Source: an uncultured Actinomycetes bacterium
GTDB lineage: Bacteria > Actinomycetota > Thermoleophilia > Gaiellales > JAICJC01
Direction of reading: 5' to 3'
Assembly: GCA_963809325.1 (NCBI GenBank)
Contig: CAWEIZ010000001.1
Location: forward strand, 145,961 to 209,960
DNA length: 64,000 nucleotides
Positions 1 through 7,750 of the stretch are shown here, one piece after another. Positions within the stretch are counted from its first letter, which is position 1. Each line of letters opens with the position of its first letter. The notes under the pieces are model-generated. The model was not told where the DNA came from, did not search any database, and saw nothing but the letters and a program-made list of their open reading frames with translations. Both the position numbers and the translations under genes were made by a program.

Positions 1-748
1 AGCCGCCGGTCTCGTCCTGAAGGTCGCGCAGGCGAAGCAGGTGGTCGATCCGCTCCTCGTAGGTCTCGACGTGGCCGTAGAGCATCGTGCAGTGCGTGGG
101 GATGCCCATGCCGTGCGCCGCGCGGTGGGTTGCGATCCAGTCGTTGGGATGCTCCTTGCCCGGCGCGATCAGCTTGCGCACGCGGTCGGCGAACACCTCG
201 GCGCCGCCACCCGGAAGCGACCCGAGGCCGGCCGCCTTGAGATCGGCCAGGACCTGCTCGCGGGTGAGGCCCGAGAGCTTCGTCATGTGGTGGACCTCGG
301 AGGCGGTGAAGAGCTTCAGGTGGACGTCCGGCAGCGCCTCGTGCAGCGCCCGGGTGACGTCGGGGTAGTAGTCGTAGCCGATGTGCGGGTGCTCGCCGCC
401 GACCATGTGGATCTCGCTGTAGCCCTCGCGGCCGTAGACGTCGACGGCGTGGGCGACCAGGTCGGGGATGTCCCACGTGTAGGCGCCGTCCTGACGGCCC
501 GTGCGCGCGAACGCGCAGAACTTGCACTTCACCCGGCACACGTTCGTGTGGTTCAGGTACAGGTTGTTGACGAAGAAGACCTCGTCGGTGCCGCCGCGCA
601 GGCGGCGAGCGGTGTCGGCCAGCTCCCCGAGCGCGAGGACGTCGTCGCACTCGAGCAGCGCGATCCCGTCGTCGGGGTCGAGCCGTTCTCCGGCGATCAC
701 CTTCTCGCGGATCGGGGCGAGCGTGTCCAGATGGGCGGCAACGGCCAT
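1..748 (-). CDS. Radical SAM menaquinone (futalosine pathway) enzyme, MqnE/MqnC family; 3' part runs off the window
   Basis: Own minus-strand translation from ATG (rc of 746-748): MAVAAHLDTLAPIREKV...NHTNVCRVKCKFCAF (CxxxCxxC radical SAM cluster)...FTASEVHHM...GGGAEVF...TMLYGHVE...LRLRDLQDETGG. Absent from the ORF track because it is truncated. MqnE versus MqnC cannot be resolved by eye. Confidence 0.8.
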   Translation of the reverse strand, partial: MAVAAHLDTLAPIREKVIAGERLDPDDGIALLECDDVLALGELADTARRLRGGTDEVFFVNNLYLNHTNVCRVKCKFCAFARTGRQDGAYTWDIPDLVAHAVDVYGREGYSEIHMVGGEHPHIGYDYYPDVTRALHEALPDVHLKLFTASEVHHMTKLSGLTREQVLADLKAAGLGSLPGGGAEVFADRVRKLIAPGKEHPNDWIATHRAAHGMGIPTHCTMLYGHVETYEERIDHLLRLRDLQDETGG

Positions 749-783
749 GGGCAGGCGGAGTCTACCCTCGGAGGTAGCGTTCG

Positions 784-1341
784 TTGTTCGTGAGGAGAGT
801 GTCGATCCAGGGCATCAGCGGGTCGGGCAAGACGACCGTGGGCGGCGCGCTCGGCGCCCGCCTCGGCGTCCGGCATCTCGAGACCGACGGGCTCGTCCAC
901 GGGCCGGGCTGGACCGAGACGCCCGATGCCGAGCTGCGGGCCGCGATCGAGCCCATACTGCGCTCCGACGGCTGGGTCGTCGACTCCGACTACCGGCGCA
1001 AGCTGGGGACGCTCGTGCTCGAGAGCGCCGACACGGTCGTGTGGCTCGACCTGCCGCTGCACGTGTGCCTGCGGCGGCTGTGGGGACGGACACTGCCGAG
1101 AATCAGGAACCGCGAGGAGCTCTGGAACGGCAACCGCGAGAGCTGGCGGGCGGCGTTCTGGGGCTGGGACTCGCTCTTCGTCTTCGCGGTGCGCAAGCAC
1201 GTCGGCCACCGCCGCCGGTTCACCGAGCTCCTGGCTCGGCCGGAGCTCGCCCACCTCGAGGTCGTGCGGCTGCGGTCGCCGGCCGCGGTGGAGGCGTGGT
1301 TGGACGGCATCGGTTCGCGGCCCCCATCTGGCGAGATCTGA
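784..1341 (+). CDS. Small P-loop NTPase/kinase (adenylate-kinase-like AAA family)
   Basis: ORF track, 185 aa. Walker A GISGSGKTT lies close to the N-terminus. TTG start sits 9 nt after GGAGG (770-774). GC-rich third codon positions. Confidence 0.7.
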   Translation: MFVRRVSIQGISGSGKTTVGGALGARLGVRHLETDGLVHGPGWTETPDAELRAAIEPILRSDGWVVDSDYRRKLGTLVLESADTVVWLDLPLHVCLRRLWGRTLPRIRNREELWNGNRESWRAAFWGWDSLFVFAVRKHVGHRRRFTELLARPELAHLEVVRLRSPAAVEAWLDGIGSRPPSGEI

Positions 1342-1483
1342 CGCGAGGCTGTCGACGCCCGAACCACCGGGGGTTGCGTAGCGTCAATCCCGCTACACCG
1401 GTCACAAACCGGCGCCGATCCACGCACCAGCGTGCGCCGGGGTCTGTCCCCGGGGTCTACGCTTCGCCGCTCGGAAGGAGCTG

Positions 1484-1503
1484 TGGTATCATGTGTACAC
1501 ATG
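1484..1503 (+). promoter_or_regulatory. Extended -10 (TGgTATCAT) overlapping a perfect 14-bp palindrome CATGTGTACACATG that includes the antitoxin ATG; probable autoregulatory operator / leaderless start
   Basis: TG-n-TATCAT at 1484-1492. Palindrome at 1490-1503. ATG at 1501 lies 8 nt after the -10. Confidence 0.45.
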
Positions 1504-1770
1504 GACGAGCAGATGGGCATTCGCGAACTCCGCGCCAGTCTCACGCAAACGATCCGCCGCGTGCGGCAAGGCAGGATCATCACTGTCACCCACGACGGCG
1601 ATCCGGTTGCGCGCATCATCCCCATCCCCGCCGACGCGCTTGATGAGATGTACGCGCGCGGAGAGATCGTCCGGGGGGCGCCGCTCGACGATCCCATCAT
1701 CCCGTATGAGCCTCTGCCCGGGACACCGCCGAGCGAGAACATCGTCTCCGAAGGACGCGACGAAGACTGA
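1501..1770 (+). CDS. Type II antitoxin, Phd/YefM family
   Basis: Frame of ORF 1432..1770. MDEQMGIRELRASLTQTIRRVRQGRIITVTHDGDPVARIIP matches the Phd/YefM N-terminal signature. Its stop overlaps the downstream PIN gene. Start at 1501 versus 1483 or 1513 is unresolved. Confidence 0.75.
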   Translation: MDEQMGIRELRASLTQTIRRVRQGRIITVTHDGDPVARIIPIPADALDEMYARGEIVRGAPLDDPIIPYEPLPGTPPSENIVSEGRDED

Positions 1771-2165
1771 ACGCGGCCCGACCGTATCTCGATTCGTCGG
1801 CGATCGTGAAGCTCGTCGTCCGTGAGCCCGAGACTCCGGCGCTCCAGTCGTACGTGCAGCGACTCCCGCCGGTGACGTACACAAGCGAGCTTGCCGTCGT
1901 CGAGGTCGAACGAGCCGCCCGGATGCGCGCCGGCGCTGAGGCCGTTCTCGGTGCCCAGCGTCTCATCAGGACGTTCGATCTCGTCGCGCCGACCCACGAC
2001 ATCCTCCGGCGGGCGGCGGGGCTCGCGGGATTCGAGCTCAGGTCGCTCGATGCAATTCACCTTGCTACGGCGCTCGCGGTGAACGCCTCGGTTCTCGTCG
2101 CCTATGACGCCCGACTGCGCGCAGCCGGGGAAGCTGTGGGACTCCACACGGCAGCTCCGGCCTAG
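1767..2165 (+). CDS. vapC: Type II toxin VapC (PIN-domain ribonuclease); start codon uncertain
   Basis: ORF track 1806..2165. The in-frame upstream codons read RPYLDSSAIVKLVV, the canonical PIN N-terminus carrying the first catalytic Asp. The C-terminal part has LRSLDAIHLATA. The frame is open from 1710, but the only start-like codon upstream is CTG at 1767, overlapping the antitoxin TGA. Confidence 0.75.
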   Translation: MNAARPYLDSSAIVKLVVREPETPALQSYVQRLPPVTYTSELAVVEVERAARMRAGAEAVLGAQRLIRTFDLVAPTHDILRRAAGLAGFELRSLDAIHLATALAVNASVLVAYDARLRAAGEAVGLHTAAPA

Positions 2166-3127
2166 ACCCGCCGCTCGACCGCGCCGCGCACCACGGCGCT
2201 GAGCGCGGCGACGTCGACCCGGCCGTCGAGCCGGGAGAGCGCACCGAGCGCGACCGCGGCGTGCCGCTCGGCCTCGGCACGCGCGTCGGTGACGGCGCCG
2301 GAGCGGGCGACGCGGGCGAGCGTCGGCAGCACGTCGGCCGGGCCCGCCCCGCGGCGGAGTACGTCCTCGACCTCGGGGTCGCGCCGCGCCGCGAGCAGGA
2401 GCGGCAGCGTGACGGTGCCGTCGAGCAGGTCGGTACCGAGCGCCTTGCCGGTCGTGTCCGGATCGCCGTCGCAGTCCAGTACGTCGTCTGCGATCTGAAA
2501 CGCGAGCCCGAGCGCCGTCCCGAACTCGCCCATCCGCTCGGTCTCGCCGACGGGCAGCCCGCCCAAGCGCGCGCCGAGCGTCGCGGCGGCCGCGAACAGC
2601 CGCCCGGTCTTGAGCCGGCAGCGCTCGAGGTACTGCTCGGGGGTCGTGTCGGCGTTCCCGGCCTGCTCGCGCTGGAGGATCTCGCCGCGGGCGAGCCCAA
2701 GGCAGGCGTCGGACAGCACCGTCACGGCCTGCATGTCGCCCGTCGTCACGAGCTCCGAGAACGCCCTGGCGAAGAGGTGGTCGCCCGCCGACGTCGACAC
2801 GAGCGGCCCGCGCGAGCGCCACACGGTCGGCCGGCCCCGCCGGAGCGGCGCGGCGTCGATCTGGTCGTCGTGGACGAGCGTCGCCATGTGGACGAGCTCG
2901 ACGGCGCAGCCGGCGGCCACGAGACCCGGGCGCGCACGACCGGCGGGCGGGGCGCACAGGTGCACGAGCATCGGCCGCAGCCGCTTGCCGCCCGAGGCGA
3001 GCGTGTCGATGCCCGCGGCCGCCACCTCGCCGCCCTCACGGGCCACCGTCTCGCGCAGCCGCTCCTCGACCGCGTCCAGGTAGGTCGCGACGCCGGGCAC
3101 CTCGAGGACGGCCGCCACGGTGCTCAT
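2162..3127 (-). CDS. Polyprenyl diphosphate synthase (trans-IPPS, menaquinone side chain)
   Basis: 321 aa. First Asp-rich motif LVHDDQID and second FQIADDVLD. Overlaps ubiE-like stop/start by 4 nt. Confidence 0.85.
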   Translation of the reverse strand: MSTVAAVLEVPGVATYLDAVEERLRETVAREGGEVAAAGIDTLASGGKRLRPMLVHLCAPPAGRARPGLVAAGCAVELVHMATLVHDDQIDAAPLRRGRPTVWRSRGPLVSTSAGDHLFARAFSELVTTGDMQAVTVLSDACLGLARGEILQREQAGNADTTPEQYLERCRLKTGRLFAAAATLGARLGGLPVGETERMGEFGTALGLAFQIADDVLDCDGDPDTTGKALGTDLLDGTVTLPLLLAARRDPEVEDVLRRGAGPADVLPTLARVARSGAVTDARAEAERHAAVALGALSRLDGRVDVAALSAVVRGAVERRV

Positions 3128-3810
3128 GCGGGCACGGTCCCCACGTGGAGGGCGACGGCACCGCCGGACAGCCGCTTGTACTGCACGCGGTCAAGTCCGG
3201 CCGCGCGCATGATCGCCGCGAGCTCGGCGGCCGGCGGGAACCGGTGGACGGACGCCGGCAGGTAGCGGTAGGCGTCGGTCTCGCGGGCGATGAGGCGGCC
3301 GAGCAGCGGCACGCCCCGGTCGGTCCAGAGCCGGGCGAACGGCGCAACGAGGCGCGGCGGCTCCGTCAGCTCGAGACAGACGACCCGGCCCCCCGGACGG
3401 ACGACGCGCGCCATCTCGCGGAAGCCGCCCTCGATGTCGGGCAGGTTGCGGACGCCGAAGCCGACCGTGCATGCGTCGAACTCGCCGTTCCCGAACGGCA
3501 GGTCGAGGGCGTCGCCCCGGAGCCACTCCACCTGCGAGCTCTTGGCGCGCGCGGCCTCGAGCATCCGCTCCGAGAAGTCGACGCCGACGACCCGGCCCCG
3601 CGTCGAGACCGCGTCGAGGAGCGCGATCGCGAGGTCGCCCGTCCCGCAGCACACGTCGAGGGCGCTCGATCCCGGCGCGAGACCGGCGCAGCGAACGGCC
3701 CGGGCGCGCCAGGGGCCGTCCATGCCCATGCTCATCACCCGGTTCATGCGGTCGTACGACGGCGTGATCCGGTCGAACATCTCGCGCACCTGATCGGGCT
3801 GGAGGGTCAT
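3124..3810 (-). CDS. menG: Demethylmenaquinone methyltransferase (UbiE/MenG family)
   Basis: 228 aa. FDRITPSYDRMNRVMS and SAM motif LDVCCGTGD. Sits in the operon with the polyprenyl synthase and ubiX. Confidence 0.85.
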   Translation of the reverse strand: MTLQPDQVREMFDRITPSYDRMNRVMSMGMDGPWRARAVRCAGLAPGSSALDVCCGTGDLAIALLDAVSTRGRVVGVDFSERMLEAARAKSSQVEWLRGDALDLPFGNGEFDACTVGFGVRNLPDIEGGFREMARVVRPGGRVVCLELTEPPRLVAPFARLWTDRGVPLLGRLIARETDAYRYLPASVHRFPPAAELAAIMRAAGLDRVQYKRLSGGAVALHVGTVPA

Positions 3811-4400
3811 CGTGTCCCCCAGCGCTCGTACAGGGTCGCCTCGACCCCGGCGGTGTCGAGCACCCGGCCGGCGACGAAGTCGACGAGGTCGTCGATGCTC
3901 TGGGGGAGGTGGTAGAAGCCGGGCATGGCGGGGACGACGGATGCGCCCGCCCTCTTGATACGGAGCAGGTTCTCGAGGTGGATGTCCGAGAGCGGCGTCT
4001 CGCGCGGCACGAGGACGAGCCGGCGCCCCTCCTTGAGCTGCACCGCGGCCGCGCGGTGGATCAGGTTGGCCTCGGCCCCGCCGGCGATCGTGCCGACGGT
4101 CGCCATCGAGCAGGGGCAGATGATGACCGCGTCGGTGCGGCTCGAGCCCGAGGCGTAGGGCGCCGAGTAGTCGGACTCGCCCCAGACCCGCACGTCGGCG
4201 TCGCCGTGATCCACGACGAAGCGCTCGACCGCGCCGTCGGGGTTCATGTCGCGATCGCCGTAGAGCTCGAGCGCGATCACCTGCGCGCCGGCCCGCGAGA
4301 CGACGACGCCCACGTCGGCGCCCGAGGCCACGAGCGCTCGCAGCACCCGCGCGGCGTACGGCGCGCCGGAGGCGCCGGTGAGTCCGAGCATCACCTGCAC
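3807..4400 (-). CDS. ubiX: Flavin prenyltransferase UbiX
   Basis: 197 aa. N-terminal GLTGASGAPYA and overall UbiX/Pad1 pattern (ICPCSMATVG). GTG start at 4400, or ATG at 4391. Confidence 0.85.
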   Translation of the reverse strand: MQVMLGLTGASGAPYAARVLRALVASGADVGVVVSRAGAQVIALELYGDRDMNPDGAVERFVVDHGDADVRVWGESDYSAPYASGSSRTDAVIICPCSMATVGTIAGGAEANLIHRAAAVQLKEGRRLVLVPRETPLSDIHLENLLRIKRAGASVVPAMPGFYHLPQSIDDLVDFVAGRVLDTAGVEATLYERWGTR

Positions 4401-4414
4401 GGCGAGAGCCTAGC

Positions 4415-5471
4415 TGTCCTGCCTACAGAGGTTGTGAACGGCTGAGGGTACGTCCGGCCCTCCTTTGAGGCTGTGGGTCTTCCGGGACTCACGCTCAAAG
4501 GAGGGCGCGGATGCGTGTGCACGCTAACGCCAAGCTCGGACCGGGTGGCCGTGTCGCGTTGGTGCGGGCGATTGAGGGGGGTTTGTCGCTGAGGGCGGCT
4601 GCTGCTGCCTTCAGCGTGTCGCCGGCGACCGCTCATCGATGGTGGCATCGGTGGCTGGACGGTGGTCGTCAGGTCGCTGCTCTGGTTGATCGGTCGAGTC
4701 GACCACGGCGCGCTCCACGGCTGTTGCCGGTGGAGCTGCAGGAGCGGATCTGTGAGTGTCGCCGCCAGACGGGGTGGGGGCCACGCCTGGTTGCAGGTGC
4801 GACTGGGTTTGCCCACTCGACGGTCTGGAAGGTGCTCAAGCGGGCTGGCATGTCACGACCAACGAAGCCGTCGGACGAGCCGGCAAACAGCTATGAGTGG
4901 CCCTGTCCGGGCGATCTCCTACACATGGACACCAGCCGCTATGCACGCTTCGCGCGGCCAGGTCATCGCGTCACCGGCGACCGCTCCCAGCGATCCCGAC
5001 GCTGGATGCGACCAGAAACCCGCGTTGGCTACGACTACGCGCACGCGATCGTCGATGACCACTCCCGGCTCGCCTACGTCGAGCTGCACCCAGACGAGAA
5101 GGCCATCACCGTCACCGCCTTTGTCCAGCGCGCCCTCGCCTTCTACGCCCACCACGGCATCGCCGCCAAGCGGCTGATGACCGACAACGGGTACAGCTAC
5201 GTGAAGAACCGGTCGCTAGCCAGCCTGCTCGCCCAATCCGGCATCCGCCACCTCACCACCCAGCCCTACCGGCCCCGCACCAACGGCAAGGTCGAACGCT
5301 TCCACCAGACCATGGCCCGCGAATGGGCCTACGGACTCACCTACCGCTCATCTCGACACCGCGCCCACGCCCTGCCACACTGGCTCCACCACTACAACCG
5401 GACACGACCACACAGCTCAATCGGCGACCGGCCACCAATCAGCCGCGTTCACAACGTCCGTGAGTAGGACA
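4415..5471 (+). mobile_element. IS481-family insertion sequence (1057 bp) with imperfect ~26-bp terminal inverted repeats and a 6-bp target duplication CCTAGC
   Basis: IRL is TGTCCTGCCTACAGAGGTTGTGAACG (from 4415). The rc of the right end is TGTCCTACTCACGGACGTTGTGAACG (to 5471). Direct repeats CCTAGC at 4409-4414 and 5472-5477 fit the NCTAGN target described for IS481. Confidence 0.85.
4511..5467 (+). CDS. IS481-family transposase (HTH + rve/DDE integrase core)
   Basis: 318 aa. N-terminal HTH region (LSLRAAAAAFSVSPATAHRW). DDE-type core LLHMDTS...MTDNGYSY...PRTNGKVERFHQT. SD AAGGAGGG lies 5 nt upstream of the ATG. Confidence 0.9.
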   Translation: MRVHANAKLGPGGRVALVRAIEGGLSLRAAAAAFSVSPATAHRWWHRWLDGGRQVAALVDRSSRPRRAPRLLPVELQERICECRRQTGWGPRLVAGATGFAHSTVWKVLKRAGMSRPTKPSDEPANSYEWPCPGDLLHMDTSRYARFARPGHRVTGDRSQRSRRWMRPETRVGYDYAHAIVDDHSRLAYVELHPDEKAITVTAFVQRALAFYAHHGIAAKRLMTDNGYSYVKNRSLASLLAQSGIRHLTTQPYRPRTNGKVERFHQTMAREWAYGLTYRSSRHRAHALPHWLHHYNRTRPHSSIGDRPPISRVHNVRE

Positions 5472-5472
5472 C

Positions 5473-6279
5473 CTAGCTAGGCGGCGGTGTGCCCGTCCGG
5501 AGGCCGTCGATGAAAGCGACGAGTTGCTGCACCTCATCCGGCGTGAAGGCGTCCTTGAACGGGGGCATGCCGTTGCCGCCGTTCACGATCTGCGCCTCGA
5601 TGTCCGCCTTCGACGGGCGCGGCGCGCCGTGGGACAGATCCGGGCCGACGGATCCGCCGCCTGCGCCGAAGTTGTGGCATGTGACGCACCCGTGTGTTGA
5701 GATCAGCGTCGCGGCGGGCAGTGCGTCGAACGCTGGGTTGCCGGTGATGTTCGACCCTGACACCGCACCGGGCGCGACCCCGCCGGCGATGGTGAGGGCG
5801 ATCAGCACGGCCGGCACGCTCAGGCCGACCGCCATGCCGACCGGCCGCCTCGAGATCCGGCGGTCGCGCCCGCGATCGAGGAACGGCCACACGACCAGCA
5901 ACACCATCAGGATCGTCGGGATGATGATCGTGGCGAATATCAGCTCCCATGGCGACTTGAAGATCCGAAGGAGCTCGAAGAGGAACAGGAAGTACCACTC
6001 CGGCCGCGGCTCGGTGACCTGGACGGCCGGATTCGCCTTGCCCTCGTAGAGCGGCCCGAGCAAGCCGTTCTGGCCGTTCGGGTGGTGGGCATCGATCGGG
6101 CCCGCGGTCTCGTGCCAGATCACGGCCATCGCCACGATCATGAGAACGATGATCAGGTTCACGACCGTGTCGTGGAACATCGCGTACGGGAAGAAGGGGT
6201 GGCCCTCCTTCTTCTGCGCCGCGAGCTCGGTCTCGTAGCGAACCCGGCGGTTGATCACCTTGCGGGCGGCGACGGCCAT
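5473..6279 (-). CDS. qcrC: Menaquinol:cytochrome c reductase QcrC-type subunit (cytochrome b subunit-IV-like domain fused to a c-type cytochrome)
   Basis: 268 aa. PEWYFLFLFELLR (subunit IV / C-terminal cytochrome b motif). C-terminal heme-c motif CVTCH and a distal NGGNGMPPF. Same architecture as Bacillus QcrC. Confidence 0.85.
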   Translation of the reverse strand: MAVAARKVINRRVRYETELAAQKKEGHPFFPYAMFHDTVVNLIIVLMIVAMAVIWHETAGPIDAHHPNGQNGLLGPLYEGKANPAVQVTEPRPEWYFLFLFELLRIFKSPWELIFATIIIPTILMVLLVVWPFLDRGRDRRISRRPVGMAVGLSVPAVLIALTIAGGVAPGAVSGSNITGNPAFDALPAATLISTHGCVTCHNFGAGGGSVGPDLSHGAPRPSKADIEAQIVNGGNGMPPFKDAFTPDEVQQLVAFIDGLRTGTPPPS

Positions 6280-6992
6280 CAGTCGCCGGCCGCCTCTTCA
6301 TGCGAAACCGGCCGGCTGGGCCACGGCGTCACGCCCAGCTTCACCACGAGCCACAGGTGGACGAAGATCAGCCCGCCGATCAACCCCGGGATCATGAGCA
6401 TGTGCAGGGCGTAGAACCTCGAGATGGTCTGCGCCCCGAACACGGGCCCTCCCAGCAGGAACTTCGAGATGAACGGCCCGAGCACGGGCGCGGTGCCGTT
6501 GATGTTGACCGCGACGACCGACGCCCAGTAGGCCCGCTCGTCCCACACGAGCAGATAGCCCGTGAGGCCCATCGCCATCGTCGACAGGAAGATCAGCGAC
6601 CCGGTGAGCCACGTCAGCTCCCGCGGGTACTTGTAGGCCCCGTAGAAGAACACCCGGCCCATGTGCAGGAAGAGCAGGATCACCATCATCGAGGCGCCCC
6701 ACTTGTGCATCCCGCGGATCAGCCAGCCGAGGGTCTCCTGGTCGGTGATGTAGCGGATCGACTCGTACGCCCCGGTCGGCGACGGGTTGTAGGTCATCGC
6801 GAGGAGCGCGCCCGTCACGGCCTGGATGATGAAGACGGTGAGAAGGGAGCTTCCGAGCGTGTGGAACCAGCCCGTGGGCGGCACCTTGCGGAAGAGGAAC
6901 TTGCGGACGAGGGTCGGGAACCCCGAGCGGTACTCGATCCAGTCCTCCGTCTGGAGGACGAGCTGCTTCGCGTCAGGGGTGGGGATCGGCAT
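6279..6992 (-). CDS. qcrB: Cytochrome b6-like subunit of menaquinol:cytochrome c reductase
   Basis: 237 aa. Conserved heme-ligand helices (IRGMHKWGASMMVILLFLHMGRVFF, FYALHMLMIP). 1-nt overlap with qcrC. Confidence 0.9.
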   Translation of the reverse strand: MPIPTPDAKQLVLQTEDWIEYRSGFPTLVRKFLFRKVPPTGWFHTLGSSLLTVFIIQAVTGALLAMTYNPSPTGAYESIRYITDQETLGWLIRGMHKWGASMMVILLFLHMGRVFFYGAYKYPRELTWLTGSLIFLSTMAMGLTGYLLVWDERAYWASVVAVNINGTAPVLGPFISKFLLGGPVFGAQTISRFYALHMLMIPGLIGGLIFVHLWLVVKLGVTPWPSRPVSHEEAAGD

Positions 6993-6995
6993 CGG

Positions 6996-7648
6996 TTACT
7001 TGGCCTGCGGCACGGCGCCGTGGTCGTACGTCACGTTCGGGTAGAGCACGTCGGCGACGATGCTCGGTCCGGGAGGCGCGACGGGCTGGCCGGGCATCTT
7101 GACCGGGAAGTAGAGGATCTTGCCGTCGCCGTTGAAGTCGACCGACCAGCGCTGGGTGATCCACAGCTCGTCCGTGTTCTTGATCTCCCACTGGAAGCGG
7201 TCGAGCGGGCGGATCGGCGGGCCGGCGGTCCGCTGACCCTCCTTGTTGTACTGCCCGCCGTGGCAGGGGCACGCGAAGCCCACGCCCTGGGCAACGGCGA
7301 CGGGGCACCCAAGGTGCATGCACCGGTTCGAGAACACAATGAACATCGCGTCGGCCGCCAGCCAGTCGGGGTTCGTCTTGCCGGTGTTCTGCACGAACGC
7401 AAGCCCAGGGCTCGTGGCCGGGTTCTGCGGGTCCTCGACATAGGTCGCCGGGGTCGGCTTGAAGCCCTGGGGTCGGCCGGGAACGCATCGACCTTCCCCA
7501 GGAATACGGGCTGGAACGTGGCCTCATCCGTGACGGGAGCCAGGAAATAGGCGGTCGCCGGCACGCCGATGATGCCGCCGATCATGGCTCCCATGCCGAC
7601 GGTCGAGAGGCTGAGGAATTGGCCCCTGGTCGTCCCGTCGTCAGCCAC
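6996..7648 (-). pseudogene. qcrA: Rieske 2Fe-2S subunit (qcrA) split over two reading frames by an apparent 1-nt deletion near 7469-7472
   Basis: The N-terminal 57 aa are in the frame of ORF 7031..7648 (MADDGTTRGQFLSLSTVGMGAMIGG...KVDAFPADP). The remainder is in the frame of ORF 6996..7394 (QGFKPTPATYVEDPQNPATSPGLAFVQNTGK...CMHLGC...CPCHGG). The junction lies at a C4/G3 homopolymer pair. Confidence 0.8.
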
Positions 7649-7750
7649 GCAGGTCCCTTCGCTCGCACACGTCGGCGGCGATCATAGCCGCGCCCCGCGG
7701 GAGCATAGTCCTCGCTGCGGCGCCCGTCGAGAACGTTTCAAACGGCGCGT

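Noticed and set aside
990-2957. Very long Arg/Pro/Ala-rich ORFs in the track (e.g. 990-2957 -, 10349-12268 -, 17986-19761 -, 51001-52896 -, 52790-54358 -, 58287-60044 +, 54316-55890 -).
   Set aside because: They lie antisense to or out of frame with genes that have clear family motifs. They show the low-complexity R/P/G/A composition expected from stop-poor alternative frames in very GC-rich DNA.
7440-7480. Programmed -1 ribosomal frameshift in qcrA.
   Set aside because: There is no canonical X XXY YYZ slippery heptamer or obvious downstream pseudoknot. A homopolymer indel (sequencing error or mutation) is the simpler explanation.
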